In this document: in pieces, positions 28,519-38,781 of the stretch
How positions within the stretch are numbered: position 1 is the first letter of the stretch
How the letters are laid out: every line of letters starts with the position of its first letter
Notes under the pieces: generated by a model
Databases searched by the model: none
Seen by the model: only the letters and a program-made list of their open reading frames with translations
Told to the model about the DNA's origin: nothing
NCBI GenBank assembly: GCA_965261735.1
Contig: OZ253470.1
Coordinates: forward strand, 1,504,001 to 1,568,000
DNA from: Alphaproteobacteria bacterium
Lineage (GTDB): Bacteria; Pseudomonadota; Alphaproteobacteria; SHVV01
Direction of reading: 5' to 3'
Length of the DNA stretch: 64,000 bases
Program-made: the position numbers and the translations under genes

Positions 28519-30947
28519 TGTCTATCACCCTCGGCGGCACCGGCGCCGAACGAGCGCCGCGCCTCGGCGAGCTCGATCAACCGCCTGTCGACCGCCTCGT
28601 TCAGCGAGCCGGGAGGGAAGGCACCTGACTCGTCGCGTTCGCCGGCCGGCACACCGGTCAGGATCTCGATCCCCTCGGCGATTGTTTTCACCGAATAGAT
28701 CGCGAAGCGGCCCTCGGCGACAGCCTCGACAACATCGTCGCGCAGCATCAGGTGTTTGACATTGGAATCCGGGACCAGCACGCCGTGCTCGCCGGTTAGG
28801 CCGCGTGCCGAGCACACGTCGAAAAAGCCCTCGATCTTCTCGTTGACGCCGCCGATCGCCTGAACTTCGCCATATTGGTTCACGGAGCCGGTGACGGCGA
28901 GCGACTGCTTGATCGGCATCTCAGCCAGTGCCGAGAGCAGCGCATAGAGCTCCGCCGACGAGGCGCTGTCGCCGTCGACCCCGCCGTAGGACTGCTCGAA
29001 CACCAGGCTGGCTCCCAGCGAAAGCGGCCGATCGAGCGCATACTGGGCACCAATATAGGCCGACAGGATGAGCACGCCCTTGGAGTGGAGGGGACCCCCG
29101 AGCTCGACCTCGCGCTCGATGTCGACGACCTCGCCGCGGCCCATGCGTACGCGCGCGGTGATCCGGCTCGGCTGGCCGAAGCTGGACCCGCCCAGCGCCA
29201 GCACCGACAACCCGTTGACTTGGCCCGCCTTGGCGCCGGACGTGTCGATCAGGATCGTGTTGCGGCGAATCGCCTCCTGAACCCGCTGGCGCACTCGGTC
29301 GGAGCGAAAGATCTGCGCGTCGATGGCGCGCTTGACGTCGCCGCGGCCGATCACTTGGCGCTCGGCCTGCCCGGCCCAATAGTCGGCCTCGCGCAGCAGG
29401 TCGCAGACCTGGCCGACGCGCGCCGAAAGCTTCTCGGCGTCGCCGCTCAGGCGGGACGAATGCTCGATGATGCTGGCGACGGCGCCGCGATCCAGCGAGC
29501 GCAGCTTTTCGCGCCGCGCCAGGGTGGCGATCAGGCCGGCGTACTGACGGCTCGACTCGATGCTGCGATCCATGTCCTCGTCGAAATCGACCTCGACCTT
29601 GAACAGGTCGTCGAAGTCGGGATCGTGGGTGCTGAGCAGGTAGTACAGGCGGCGCTCGCCGACCAGCACGACCTTGACGTCGAGTGGAATGGGCTCTGGG
29701 TCGAGCGTAATGGTGCTGATCATCCCCGCCGCCTGACCGAGCGACTCGATGCGGATCTCGCGCGATTTCAGGGCCCGCTTCAGCGCCTCCCAGGCATAGG
29801 GCTGGGTCAGAACCTTGTAGGCATCGAGGATCAGATAACCGCCGTTGGCGCGGTGGATCGCGCCCTGCTTGATGAGGCTGAAGTCGGTGACCAGCGCGCC
29901 GAGCTCGGCCAAGTGCTCGACACGGCCGACGAGATTGGGCTGGGTGGGATTGTCCTCGTAGATGACCGGTGCGCCGTGCTGATCGCCGTTGCTGACGATG
30001 ACGTTGACCTGATAGCGGCGGAAGTCGGGCGGTGCGTGCGGCAGCCTGATCATCGGGCTGGCGGGCCCCGCGGGCCCTGCGACCTGCCCCTCCTCCTCCC
30101 TGGAGCGGAAGTCGGCCGCGTTCTCGATAACCTCGGTGCGCACCGCGTCGAGATAGGTGACGACCTGTGGATAGGGCTTGTACTCGGCCTGTAGCGCATC
30201 GATCAGGTGGCGTACCGCCGACATGGTGATGTCGCGGTCGAGATCGCGCACCTGGTCGCGCCGTGCCTTCTCCCATTGCGGCATCTCGTTCATGGCACTT
30301 TGCAGCTGATGCTGCAGGCCCTCGATGTCTTTCTCGACCTGTACGCGTTCCTCCTCGGGCAGCTGGCGAAACTCATCCGGCGTGACTACCTCGCCGTCCT
30401 TCATCGGCGCCAGCGCCAGCCCCATGGGCGTGCGCACGAGTGCGACCTTGCGCTCGCGCGCGCGCTCCTGGAGCTGGCCGAGGGTCGCCTCCTGGCGCTC
30501 CTTGAACTCCTCGTCGATGGCCTGGTGGCGGGTCCGGTACTCGTCGCTCTCGAAGACCGCCGGAATGGTCGCCTGCAGCTCCTCGACGAGGCGCTCCATG
30601 TCACGCTTCAGCTTGTTGGCCATGCCCGGCGGCAACTTGATCGAGTGCGGCCTGTGGCGGTCCTGGAAGTTGTTGACGTAACACCAGTCGTCGGGAACCG
30701 GCTCCCCGGCCGCGCGGTCGTCGACGAAGCGACGCACCGTCGTGTACTTGCCGATCGAATTGGGACCGATGGCGAACAGGTTGTAGCCTTCGCGGCGGAT
30801 ACCGATGCCGAACTTGACCGCCTCGACCGCGCGCGTCTGGCCGATCACGTCGCCCAGGTCCTCGAGATCGGCCGTCGTCTCGAATCCCAGCTGATCGGGA
30901 TCGCAGCGCTGCTTGAGCGCCGGGGGGGAGAGCGGCGTTACGGGCAT
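28515..30947 (-). CDS. Lon-like (LonB/LonC type) ATP-dependent protease
   Basis: IGQTRA, GAIHRANGGYL, VDGDSAS (Ser), GGVNEKIEGFF (Lys). Confidence 0.93.
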   Translation of the reverse strand: MPVTPLSPPALKQRCDPDQLGFETTADLEDLGDVIGQTRAVEAVKFGIGIRREGYNLFAIGPNSIGKYTTVRRFVDDRAAGEPVPDDWCYVNNFQDRHRPHSIKLPPGMANKLKRDMERLVEELQATIPAVFESDEYRTRHQAIDEEFKERQEATLGQLQERARERKVALVRTPMGLALAPMKDGEVVTPDEFRQLPEEERVQVEKDIEGLQHQLQSAMNEMPQWEKARRDQVRDLDRDITMSAVRHLIDALQAEYKPYPQVVTYLDAVRTEVIENAADFRSREEEGQVAGPAGPASPMIRLPHAPPDFRRYQVNVIVSNGDQHGAPVIYEDNPTQPNLVGRVEHLAELGALVTDFSLIKQGAIHRANGGYLILDAYKVLTQPYAWEALKRALKSREIRIESLGQAAGMISTITLDPEPIPLDVKVVLVGERRLYYLLSTHDPDFDDLFKVEVDFDEDMDRSIESSRQYAGLIATLARREKLRSLDRGAVASIIEHSSRLSGDAEKLSARVGQVCDLLREADYWAGQAERQVIGRGDVKRAIDAQIFRSDRVRQRVQEAIRRNTILIDTSGAKAGQVNGLSVLALGGSSFGQPSRITARVRMGRGEVVDIEREVELGGPLHSKGVLILSAYIGAQYALDRPLSLGASLVFEQSYGGVDGDSASSAELYALLSALAEMPIKQSLAVTGSVNQYGEVQAIGGVNEKIEGFFDVCSARGLTGEHGVLVPDSNVKHLMLRDDVVEAVAEGRFAIYSVKTIAEGIEILTGVPAGERDESGAFPPGSLNEAVDRRLIELAEARRSFGAGAAEGDRQ

Positions 30948-30969
30948 TTCGTCCTTTCTTGCTGGCCCA

Positions 30970-31383
30970 TCAGGCCGTGCGTTCCTGCGTGTCCGCCTCG
31001 ATGGCATCCATGTCGTCGTCGCTAAAACCGAAGTGATGTCCGATCTCGTGGATCAGCACGTGGCGCACGAGGTGGTCGAGACTCTCGCCGCTCTCGCACC
31101 AATAGTCGAGCAGCGGGCGGCGATAGAGGAGCACCATATCGACATCGTCGGGCGCATCCGCCCCGCTCTTGTGATCGAGGCTGACGCCGCGATAGAGGCC
31201 GAGGATGTCGAACGGCGACTCGAGCGCCATCTCCTGCATCGTGTCCTCGTCGGGAAACTCCTCGACCCGAATCACGACCCCAGCCGCGGCGCGGCGAAAG
31301 CGCTCGGGCACCTCGCGCAGGGCCGCGTCGGCTAGGACCTCGATGTCGCCCGCCGAGGGCGCCAGCGCTCCACGCATGCTCAT
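30970..31383 (-). CDS. Zincin-like metallopeptidase
   Basis: LGLYRG, HVLIHEIGHHFG. Confidence 0.9.
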   Translation of the reverse strand: MSMRGALAPSAGDIEVLADAALREVPERFRRAAAGVVIRVEEFPDEDTMQEMALESPFDILGLYRGVSLDHKSGADAPDDVDMVLLYRRPLLDYWCESGESLDHLVRHVLIHEIGHHFGFSDDDMDAIEADTQERTA

Positions 31384-31465
31384 GGCGCAACGATATCGCG
31401 GCTTGCCGCACGGGCCAAGCTGAGCCAATGTGGAGGCCGGTCACGCCCACCGGGAGCGAGACGCC

Positions 31466-31756
31466 ATGGCCGAAAAGCTGACGGGAGCGGAGCGCGCCCG
31501 CGCGCTCGAGACGCTGGTCGACTGGGAGGAGGTCGCCGGGCGCGATGCCATCCACAAGACATACCGCTTCGAGAGCTTCATCGACGCCTTCGGCTTCATG
31601 AGCCGCTGCGCCTTCGTCGCCGAGAAGATGAACCATCACCCCGAGTGGTTCAACGTCTACGACCGCGTCGAGGTGACGCTGTCGAGCCACGATGCGGGCG
31701 GCTTGACCGAGCGCGACATCAATCTCGCCCACGCCATGGACCGCATGGCGCACTGA
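31466..31756 (+). CDS. phhB: Pterin-4-alpha-carbinolamine dehydratase
   Basis: [14 protein letters not shown]...SHDAGGLT. Confidence 0.93.
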   Translation: MAEKLTGAERARALETLVDWEEVAGRDAIHKTYRFESFIDAFGFMSRCAFVAEKMNHHPEWFNVYDRVEVTLSSHDAGGLTERDINLAHAMDRMAH

Positions 31757-31790
31757 GGTGCCGCGATCGGCGGTGTAGAGCGCTGCGGCT

Positions 31791-32552
31791 CTAGCGCGGC
31801 GCCATGCGCAGTGCGCCGTCGAGGCGGATGACCTCGCCGTTGAGCATACGGTTGGCGAGGATGTGGAGCACGAGCTCGGCGTACTCCTCGGGCGCCCCGA
31901 GCCGCACCGGAAAGGGGACGCTGGCGGCGAGCGAGGCTTGCGCCTTCTCGGGCAGGCCCGCCAGCATCGGCGTCGCGAACAGGCCCGGTGCGATGGTCAC
32001 GACACGGATGCCATGCTCGGCGAACTCGCGCGCGAGCGGCAGCGTAAGCGCGGCGACCCCGCCCTTGGAGGCGGCGTAGGCGGGCTGACCTATCTGGCCG
32101 TCGAAGGCGGCGACGGACGCGGTGTTGATGATGACCCCGCGCTCGCCGTCGACGCGCGGGTCGAGTCCCTGCATGTCGGCGGCGGCGAGCCGGATGCAGT
32201 TGAAGGTGCCGATGAGGTTGACCGCGATGACCTTGGTGAAGCGTTCGAGCGGTATCGGCCCCTCGCGCCCCACGGCCTTGCCGGGCGTGCCGATGCCGGC
32301 GCAGTTGACGAGCACGCGGGCCGGCCCCTGCGCCTCGCGCGCGGCCGCGATGGCGGCTTGCGCGCCGTCCGGGTCGCTCACGTCACACGCGAAACTCGTG
32401 CCGCCGATCGCCGCGGCCGCGGTGCGCGCCGCTTCGAGATTGGCGTCGAGAATCGCGACCTTGGCGCCGGCGCGCGCCAGCGCGGCCGCGGTCGCGGCGC
32501 CCAGCCCCGAGGCGCCCCCGGTCACGATTACACTCGCTCCGTCAACGTTCAT
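31791..32552 (-). CDS. SDR, 3-hydroxyacyl-CoA dehydrogenase type II-like
   Basis: TGGASGLG, NCAGI, YAASK, IRLDGALRM. Confidence 0.92.
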   Translation of the reverse strand: MNVDGASVIVTGGASGLGAATAAALARAGAKVAILDANLEAARTAAAAIGGTSFACDVSDPDGAQAAIAAAREAQGPARVLVNCAGIGTPGKAVGREGPIPLERFTKVIAVNLIGTFNCIRLAAADMQGLDPRVDGERGVIINTASVAAFDGQIGQPAYAASKGGVAALTLPLAREFAEHGIRVVTIAPGLFATPMLAGLPEKAQASLAASVPFPVRLGAPEEYAELVLHILANRMLNGEVIRLDGALRMAPR

Positions 32553-32679
32553 CACACCTCTCCCGATCAACTGCGCGGCGAACGCCCGTCATATCAGATG
32601 CGGCCGGCGATACGAAAGCGGGGAGCGGCCCTGAACGAAACAGGTTGTCGCGGCCGGCGCCCCGGCCCATATCCGTCTC

Positions 32680-33066
32680 ATGAACGACGGTGAGGCGGTG
32701 GTCGACCGCGAGCGCTCGCAGCGCGACGCGGCAACCGCGCGGCACGGGCTTTGGCCCAAGGTTCGCCGCACCCTCGGGCGCGTGCCCTTTCTCGAGGACG
32801 TTGTCGCCGCCTACTTCTGTGCCACCGATTCGCGCGTCCCGCTCTATGCCCGCGCGGTTCTGATGGGTGCCGTCGCCTACTTCGTCGTGCCGACGGACCT
32901 GATCCCCGACTTCATCGCCGGCATTGGCTTCGGCGACGACGCGGCGGTCCTGGCCGCCGCTGTCGGCACGCTGCGCCGCCACATCAGCGAGGACCACCGC
33001 GACCGGGCGCGCGCGCTGCTCAAGGACGCGGCCGCCGGCCGGGACGGCGCGCGCCCGGCCGGCTAG
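32680..33066 (+). CDS. YkvA/DUF1232 family membrane protein
   Basis: AYFVVPTDLIPDFIAGIGFGDD. Confidence 0.9.
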   Translation: MNDGEAVVDRERSQRDAATARHGLWPKVRRTLGRVPFLEDVVAAYFCATDSRVPLYARAVLMGAVAYFVVPTDLIPDFIAGIGFGDDAAVLAAAVGTLRRHISEDHRDRARALLKDAAAGRDGARPAG

Positions 33067-33079
33067 TACCTGATCGCCG

Positions 33080-33180
33080 TCCCCCTCCCCCTACCCCCTC
33101 CCACCAGGGGAGGGGAAATTATGGCGCGATGTCAGTTTCTTAATCCTCCCCCTTGATGGGGGAGGGTTGGGAGGGGGTGA
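33080..33180. repeat. Intergenic palindromic (REP-like) repeat, copy A
   Basis: CCCCCTCCCCCTACCCCCTCCCACCAGGGGAGGGG...CCTCCCCCTTGATGGGGGAGGGTTGGGAGGGGGTGA. Confidence 0.85.
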
Positions 33181-33187
33181 GACGTTA

Positions 33188-34114
33188 CTACAGCGTGCCG
33201 CCCTCGATCCTGCGGGCGCGCCCGAGCTGCGCCTCGCGGCGCGCGATGTAGAGGGTTGCGCCAACGATCAGCCCGGCGCCGACCCACATCCAGGCGTCGG
33301 GCACCTCGTCGAAAATGAGGAACCCGAACAGCGCCGCCAACGGCAGGCGGGTGTAGTCGAACGGCATCAGTGCGCTCGCCTCGGCGACCCTGAGGCCGCG
33401 GATGTAGCAGATATTGTTGATCCATCCGGTGACGCCGACCACCCCAAGGAGCACCCATTCGCCCGGCGTCGGCGCCCGCCAGGTCGCAATGCCGGGCCCG
33501 ATAGCGACGACGGCCGAGACGACGATGAAATAGAAGATCTGGACGTCCGGGTCCTCGGTCGCGGCGATGCGCTTGACGATAATCATGGAGATCGCCGCCA
33601 TGAGGGCGCCGGCGAGCGCGACGAGGATCGCCGGTTCGATGGCCCCGGTGGGGCGCATCATGATGAGGACGCCGGCGAAGCCGGTCAGCGTGGCCGCCGT
33701 ACGCCGTATGCCGACCGCCTCGCCGAGCAACAGTACCGCGAGCACGATGACGAACAGCGGCCGCGTGAAGCCGTAGGCGATGGCATCCGCGAAATAGAGG
33801 TAGTTGACCGCGTAGAAGGCGCAGAACAGGCTCACCACCCCGAGGACACCGCAGATGAGGTGCGCCCAGGGGTGCTTGGTGCGGAACTTGTGGCGCGGGA
33901 TGCGGGCGACCACGGGCAGCATCAGCACCACCGCGATGACCGTGCGCGCCGAGGTGATCTGGGCGACGTGAAGGGTGGAGCCCAGGCTTTTGGCGCTCAG
34001 GAACATGAAGGTGCCGACGGTCGTCGCCATGATCACCCACAGCCCGCCGCGGATGTTGGGCGGCAGCCGCAGCCAGCGGCGCTCGACGGCGAGGAGCACT
34101 GCGGGACGCGCCAT
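33188..34114 (-). CDS. DMT/EamA family transporter
   Basis: LLGEAVGIRR, PFDYTRL, FDEVPD. Confidence 0.9.
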   Translation of the reverse strand: MARPAVLLAVERRWLRLPPNIRGGLWVIMATTVGTFMFLSAKSLGSTLHVAQITSARTVIAVVLMLPVVARIPRHKFRTKHPWAHLICGVLGVVSLFCAFYAVNYLYFADAIAYGFTRPLFVIVLAVLLLGEAVGIRRTAATLTGFAGVLIMMRPTGAIEPAILVALAGALMAAISMIIVKRIAATEDPDVQIFYFIVVSAVVAIGPGIATWRAPTPGEWVLLGVVGVTGWINNICYIRGLRVAEASALMPFDYTRLPLAALFGFLIFDEVPDAWMWVGAGLIVGATLYIARREAQLGRARRIEGGTL

Positions 34115-34120
34115 TCCGGC

Positions 34121-35074
34121 CTAGATCTCGCGGCTCACGCCGCGCGCTCCGGCGCTCGCCTCCGCCTCGGCGCCGCGCCGCAGCCGCGCCTCGCGGTTGG
34201 TGATGTAGAGCGTGGAGGCGACGATGAGGGCGGCGCCAACCCACATCCACAGGTCCGGCACCTCGGCGAACGCGACGAAGCCGAGGGCGGCCGCGAACAG
34301 GAGCCGGGTGTAGTCGACCGGGATGACGGCGGTAGCCTCGCCGATACGGACCCCAAGGGTGAAGCAGATCACGTTCAGTACCCCGGCCAACGCGAGCAGC
34401 GCCAGCATCCCGAACTCGCTCCACGTCGGCGTATGCCAGGTGAGCAGCGCCGGAACCAGCGTCGCCGCCGCGGAGACAGTGAAGAAGTAGAACAGCTGGG
34501 TCAGGGGATCCTCGGTCCCGGTCAGCTTCTTGAACAATACCGTGGTGATCGCCGCCGAGATCGCCCCGAGTAGAGCCACGAAAGTGGCGACATCGACGCC
34601 TCCGGTCGGCCGGATCATGACGAGCACGCCGATGAAGCCCACGGCCGTGGCGCTCCAACGGCGAATGCGCACGGTCTCGCCGAGGAACAGAACGGCGAGC
34701 ACGATCAGGAACAGCGTCCGCGTAAAGGCGAGGGCCGTAACGTCGGCGATATTGAGCCGCGTGACGGCGAAGAAGAAGCAGGTGAGGCTTGTCACCCCAA
34801 AGATGCCGGCGGCGACATGGGTGAGGGGCCGGTTCGTGCGAAAGCTGCGCCCGGGGGCTGCGAGCAGCACGGGCGCGAGGACGGCCACCGCAATGAGCGC
34901 GCGAACGAAGCTGATCTGGGCCGGATGAAGGCGCGAGCCCAGCAGCTTGGCGATCAACAGCAACAGCGCGGCGAGGAAGGAGGCGATGAGGATCCACAGC
35001 GCGCCGCGGACGTTACCCGGAAGCCCCTGCCATCTCGTGGCCAGAGCGTCGATGGCGGGTGGCGGCATGCGCAC
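34121..35074 (-). CDS. DMT/EamA family transporter
   Basis: FLGETVRIRRW, PVDYTRL, FAEVPD. Confidence 0.9.
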   Translation of the reverse strand: MRMPPPAIDALATRWQGLPGNVRGALWILIASFLAALLLLIAKLLGSRLHPAQISFVRALIAVAVLAPVLLAAPGRSFRTNRPLTHVAAGIFGVTSLTCFFFAVTRLNIADVTALAFTRTLFLIVLAVLFLGETVRIRRWSATAVGFIGVLVMIRPTGGVDVATFVALLGAISAAITTVLFKKLTGTEDPLTQLFYFFTVSAAATLVPALLTWHTPTWSEFGMLALLALAGVLNVICFTLGVRIGEATAVIPVDYTRLLFAAALGFVAFAEVPDLWMWVGAALIVASTLYITNREARLRRGAEAEASAGARGVSREI

Positions 35075-35116
35075 CTAGCCAGTACTTGGGCGCACAGGAA
35101 AGCGACTCATTATTCG

Positions 35117-35217
35117 TCCCCCTCCCCCTACCCCTCCCACCAGGGGAGGGGCAAATTACGGCGCGATGTCCAGCTCTTAGCCCTCCCCCTTGATGGGGGA
35201 GGGTTGGGTGGGGGTGA
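35117..35217. repeat. Intergenic palindromic repeat, copy B
   Basis: Near-identical to 33080-33180, including the spacer. Confidence 0.85.
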
Positions 35218-35241
35218 CACGCGGACCTCCGCAAGCAAGGG

Positions 35242-36189
35242 CTAGGCGCCGATCCCGAGGCGGCCCGCCGTATCCGAGGAGACCGCGCCGCGCCGCAGCC
35301 GGGCCTCGCGGTGGGCGATGTAGACCGAGCTCGAGAAGATGACCGCGGCACCGACCCAGGTCCACAGGTCGGGGACCTCGGAGAAGGCGAGAAAGGCGAC
35401 CAGCGCCGTGAACGGCAGGCGCGTGAAGTCGTAGGGCATGATCGCCGTCGCATCGGCGAGGCGGAGCGAGCGCACCGAGAGGAAGTTGCCGAAAGTCGCG
35501 AGCCCGCCGAGCGCGACCAGCCAGCCGAGCTGGTTCAAGGTCGGCCACTGCCATACGAACGCCACGGGAATGAGCGAGGCCAGCAACATGATGAGGGTGT
35601 TGTAGGCAACCACTGCGTCGGACGGCTCGGTGGTCGCGAGGCGCTTGAGGATGATGACCGAGACGCTGATCAGGGCCGACGAGACGAGCACCAGGACCGC
35701 CGCCAGCTCGATCGTCCCGGCGCCGGGGCGCAGGATGATCAGGGTGCCGATAAGGCCGACCCCGAGCGCTGTCCAGCGCCGCAGGCGCATCACCTCGCCG
35801 AGGAAGATAACCGCGAAAACGGTGATGAAAAGGGGCGCGGTGAAGGCGAGCGCCGTGGCCTCCGCGAGCGGCATCAGCGTCAGCGCGAAGAACCACATGG
35901 TCATGGCCACCGTGCTCAGCAATCCGCGCACGGTGTAGAGGCCGAGCCTGGGCGTGCGCAGGGTGCCGAAGCCGCTGCGCAGGAACCAGGGCAGCATCAG
36001 CAGGAGGCCAAAGAAGGTGCGAAAGAAGACCAGCTCGAGCGCGTGGATCTCGCTGCCGAGGTGGCGGATGATCCCGGTCACGAGCGCGAATATAGCGCAC
36101 GACCCTACCATGTAGAGGGCGGCGCGCACGTTCTTGGAGGCGGGAACATAGCACTCAAGGGGGCTGGCGGAGCCGGGCATGGCCCACAA
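35242..36189 (-). CDS. DMT/EamA family transporter
   Basis: FLGEVMRLRRW, PYDFTRL, FSEVPD; start uncertain. Confidence 0.9.
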   Translation of the reverse strand: MWAMPGSASPLECYVPASKNVRAALYMVGSCAIFALVTGIIRHLGSEIHALELVFFRTFFGLLLMLPWFLRSGFGTLRTPRLGLYTVRGLLSTVAMTMWFFALTLMPLAEATALAFTAPLFITVFAVIFLGEVMRLRRWTALGVGLIGTLIILRPGAGTIELAAVLVLVSSALISVSVIILKRLATTEPSDAVVAYNTLIMLLASLIPVAFVWQWPTLNQLGWLVALGGLATFGNFLSVRSLRLADATAIMPYDFTRLPFTALVAFLAFSEVPDLWTWVGAAVIFSSSVYIAHREARLRRGAVSSDTAGRLGIGA

Positions 36190-36298
36190 GCTATGTCTTC
36201 TCGCTAACCCGCACCACCGTCAAATCCGCATGCCGGTCTTGCGCCTCCGCACGCGCCGGGGCAAGGTGGCAGACCGCGCATCGGCAGGGAGGCGGGCC

Positions 36299-36583
36299 AT
36301 GAAATTCGTCGTCATCGCCCATGATGGCCGGGACAAAAAAGCGCCGGAGCGCCGCATGGCCATCCGAGGCCAGCACCTCGAGGGGGTCGCCAAACTCCAG
36401 GCCAAGGGCCAGATCGAGATGGGCGGCGCGCTCCTCGATGATGACGGCAAGATGGTGGGCTCGATGTGCGTCTTCAATTTCCCGAGCCGCCGGGCGCTCG
36501 ATGCCTACCTCAAGCGCGAGCCCTACGTCACCGGAAACGTGTGGAAGAAGATCACGGTCCTGCCCTTCCGGCGGGCGGTCTGA
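36299..36583 (+). CDS. YciI family protein
   Basis: [26 protein letters not shown]. Confidence 0.88.
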   Translation: MKFVVIAHDGRDKKAPERRMAIRGQHLEGVAKLQAKGQIEMGGALLDDDGKMVGSMCVFNFPSRRALDAYLKREPYVTGNVWKKITVLPFRRAV

Positions 36584-36623
36584 GCGCGGCCGGAGCGAGG
36601 GCGGCCACGGGCCGGCGGAGGCG

Positions 36624-38588
36624 ATGACCGGCGATTCCCACGCGCCGCTGTGGCGGCCCGCGCCGGAGCGTATCGCCTCGGCCAACCTCACCCGGTTCAT
36701 CGACTCGGTCAACGAGGAGTGGGACGCGGGCGCGAGCGACTACGCGACTCTGTACCGCTGGTCGATCGATCAGCCTGAGAAGTTCTGGCAGTCCCTGTGG
36801 TCCTTCGCCGGCATTATCGCGACCACACGCGGTGACGTGGTGATCGCCGATGCGGGCGAGATGCCGGGTGCGCGCTTCTTTCCCAACGCCCGCCTGAACT
36901 TCGCCGAAAACCTGCTGCGCCGGCGTGACGAGCAGCCGGCGATCCTCTTCCGAGGCGAGGCGGGCGCGCGGCGCAGCCTCTCGTTCGGCGAGCTTTATCA
37001 GGAAGTATCGAGGCTCGCCCAGGGGCTGCAGGCGGAAGGCGTGCGCGCCGGCGATCGTGTCGCCGGCTTCGTCCCCAATCTCCCCGAGGCCGTGATCGCG
37101 ATGCTGGCCGCGACCAGCCTGGGCGCCGTGTGGTCGTCCTGCTCGCCGGACTTCGGGGTCGACGGCGCCATCGACCGCTTCGGCCAGATCGAGCCGACGG
37201 TGTTGTTCACGGCCGATGGCTACTTCTACGCCGGCAAGCGCATCGACTCGCTGGCGCGCGCCCGCGCCATCGCGGATCGGCTCCCCGCGCTCAAGCGGCT
37301 GGTGGTGATCCCCTACGTGAGCGACGCGCCGCCGCTGGACGGCCTCAAAAACGCGGTGCGATGGTCCGATTTCGTGGCCCCGTTCGCGCCCGCCGAGATC
37401 GCCTTCAACCGCCTTCCCTTCAACCACCCGCTCTACATCCTCTACTCCTCGGGCACCACGGGCGTACCCAAGTGCATCGTCCACGGCGCCGGCGGCACCT
37501 TGATCCAGCACTTCAAGGAGCACCTGCTGCACGCCGACGTCAAGGCGGGCGACCGGGTTTTCTACTTCACGACCTGCGGCTGGATGATGTGGAACTGGCT
37601 CGCCTCGGCCCTGGCCTCGCGGGCCACGCTGATCCTCTATGACGGGGCCCCGTTCCACCCCGACGCGCCCGCCCTGTTCGACATGGCGGCGGAGGAGCGC
37701 ATCACCCATTTCGGGACGTCGGCCAAGTACCTCGACGCGGCCGAGAAGGCGGGGCTCGAGCCCGCGCGAACCCACGATCTCGGGGCGCTCAGGACCATCC
37801 TCTCGACGGGCTCGCCGCTGCGGCTCGAGAGCTTCGACTACGTCTACGCGCACATCAAACGCGACGTGTGCCTGGCCTCTATTTCGGGCGGCACCGACAT
37901 CATCAGCTGCTTCGCCGCCGGCAACCCCATCGGCCCGGTGTGGCGCGGCGAGCTGCAGGCGCGCTCGCTCGGCATGCGGGTCGAGGTCTTCGACGAGGCC
38001 GGGCGCCCACGGATGCACGACAAGGGCGAGCTCGTGTGCACCGCGCCTTTCCCCTCGATGCCGATCAGCTTCTGGGACGACCCCGGGGATACCAAGTATC
38101 GCGCCGCCTACTTCGCCACCTACCCGGGCGTCTGGCACCACGGCGATTTTGTCGAGCTTACCGAGCACGACGGCATGATCATCCATGGGCGCTCGGATGC
38201 CGTGCTCAACCCCGGTGGCGTGCGCATCGGCACGGCCGAGATCTACCGCGAGGTCGAGAAGCTGGCCGAGGTGGTGGAGAGCCTGGCGATCGGTCAGGAC
38301 TGGCAGGGCGACGTGCGGCTCGTGCTTTTCGTCAAGCTGCGCGACGGAACGAGCCTCGACGACGCCCTCATCGCCACGATCAAGGGCCACGTCCGCGCCA
38401 ACGCCACGCCGCGCCACGTGCCCGCGAAGATCGTCCAGGTCGCCGACATACCCCGCACCATCAGCGGCAAGATCGTCGAGCTCGCCGTCCGCCACGTCGT
38501 CCACGGGCGCCCGGTCAAGAACCGCGACGCCCTGGCCAACCCCGAGGCGCTCGACCTGTTCAGGGACCTGCCCGAGCTCGCGAGCTGA
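36624..38588 (+). CDS. Acetoacetate--CoA ligase
   Basis: [40 protein letters not shown]. Confidence 0.95.
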   Translation: MTGDSHAPLWRPAPERIASANLTRFIDSVNEEWDAGASDYATLYRWSIDQPEKFWQSLWSFAGIIATTRGDVVIADAGEMPGARFFPNARLNFAENLLRRRDEQPAILFRGEAGARRSLSFGELYQEVSRLAQGLQAEGVRAGDRVAGFVPNLPEAVIAMLAATSLGAVWSSCSPDFGVDGAIDRFGQIEPTVLFTADGYFYAGKRIDSLARARAIADRLPALKRLVVIPYVSDAPPLDGLKNAVRWSDFVAPFAPAEIAFNRLPFNHPLYILYSSGTTGVPKCIVHGAGGTLIQHFKEHLLHADVKAGDRVFYFTTCGWMMWNWLASALASRATLILYDGAPFHPDAPALFDMAAEERITHFGTSAKYLDAAEKAGLEPARTHDLGALRTILSTGSPLRLESFDYVYAHIKRDVCLASISGGTDIISCFAAGNPIGPVWRGELQARSLGMRVEVFDEAGRPRMHDKGELVCTAPFPSMPISFWDDPGDTKYRAAYFATYPGVWHHGDFVELTEHDGMIIHGRSDAVLNPGGVRIGTAEIYREVEKLAEVVESLAIGQDWQGDVRLVLFVKLRDGTSLDDALIATIKGHVRANATPRHVPAKIVQVADIPRTISGKIVELAVRHVVHGRPVKNRDALANPEALDLFRDLPELAS

Positions 38589-38619
38589 GGCAGGCGCTAG
38601 CAGGCTGCTGAAAAAGTCA

Positions 38620-38781
38620 TCATTGCCGGGCCTTGAACTCGGATTCATCGCCGAAATGAAATGAGATTTCGTGTCTTAGGGTGAAACCGTCTTCAATCTC
38701 GACCGATCCGATGCCCTGGGCTTCGTCCAGTTCGATGATCTACCACTTTGCGGTCAGCGGCGTGCCGGCATCGCCCGTCAT
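38620..38781 (-). pseudogene. Remnant of small passenger ORF inside IS5
   Basis: ATGA overlap with transposase stop; MTGDAGTPLTAKW*IIELDEAQGIGSVEIEDGFTLRHEISFHFGDESEFKARQ*, ending at the TIR. Confidence 0.5.
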
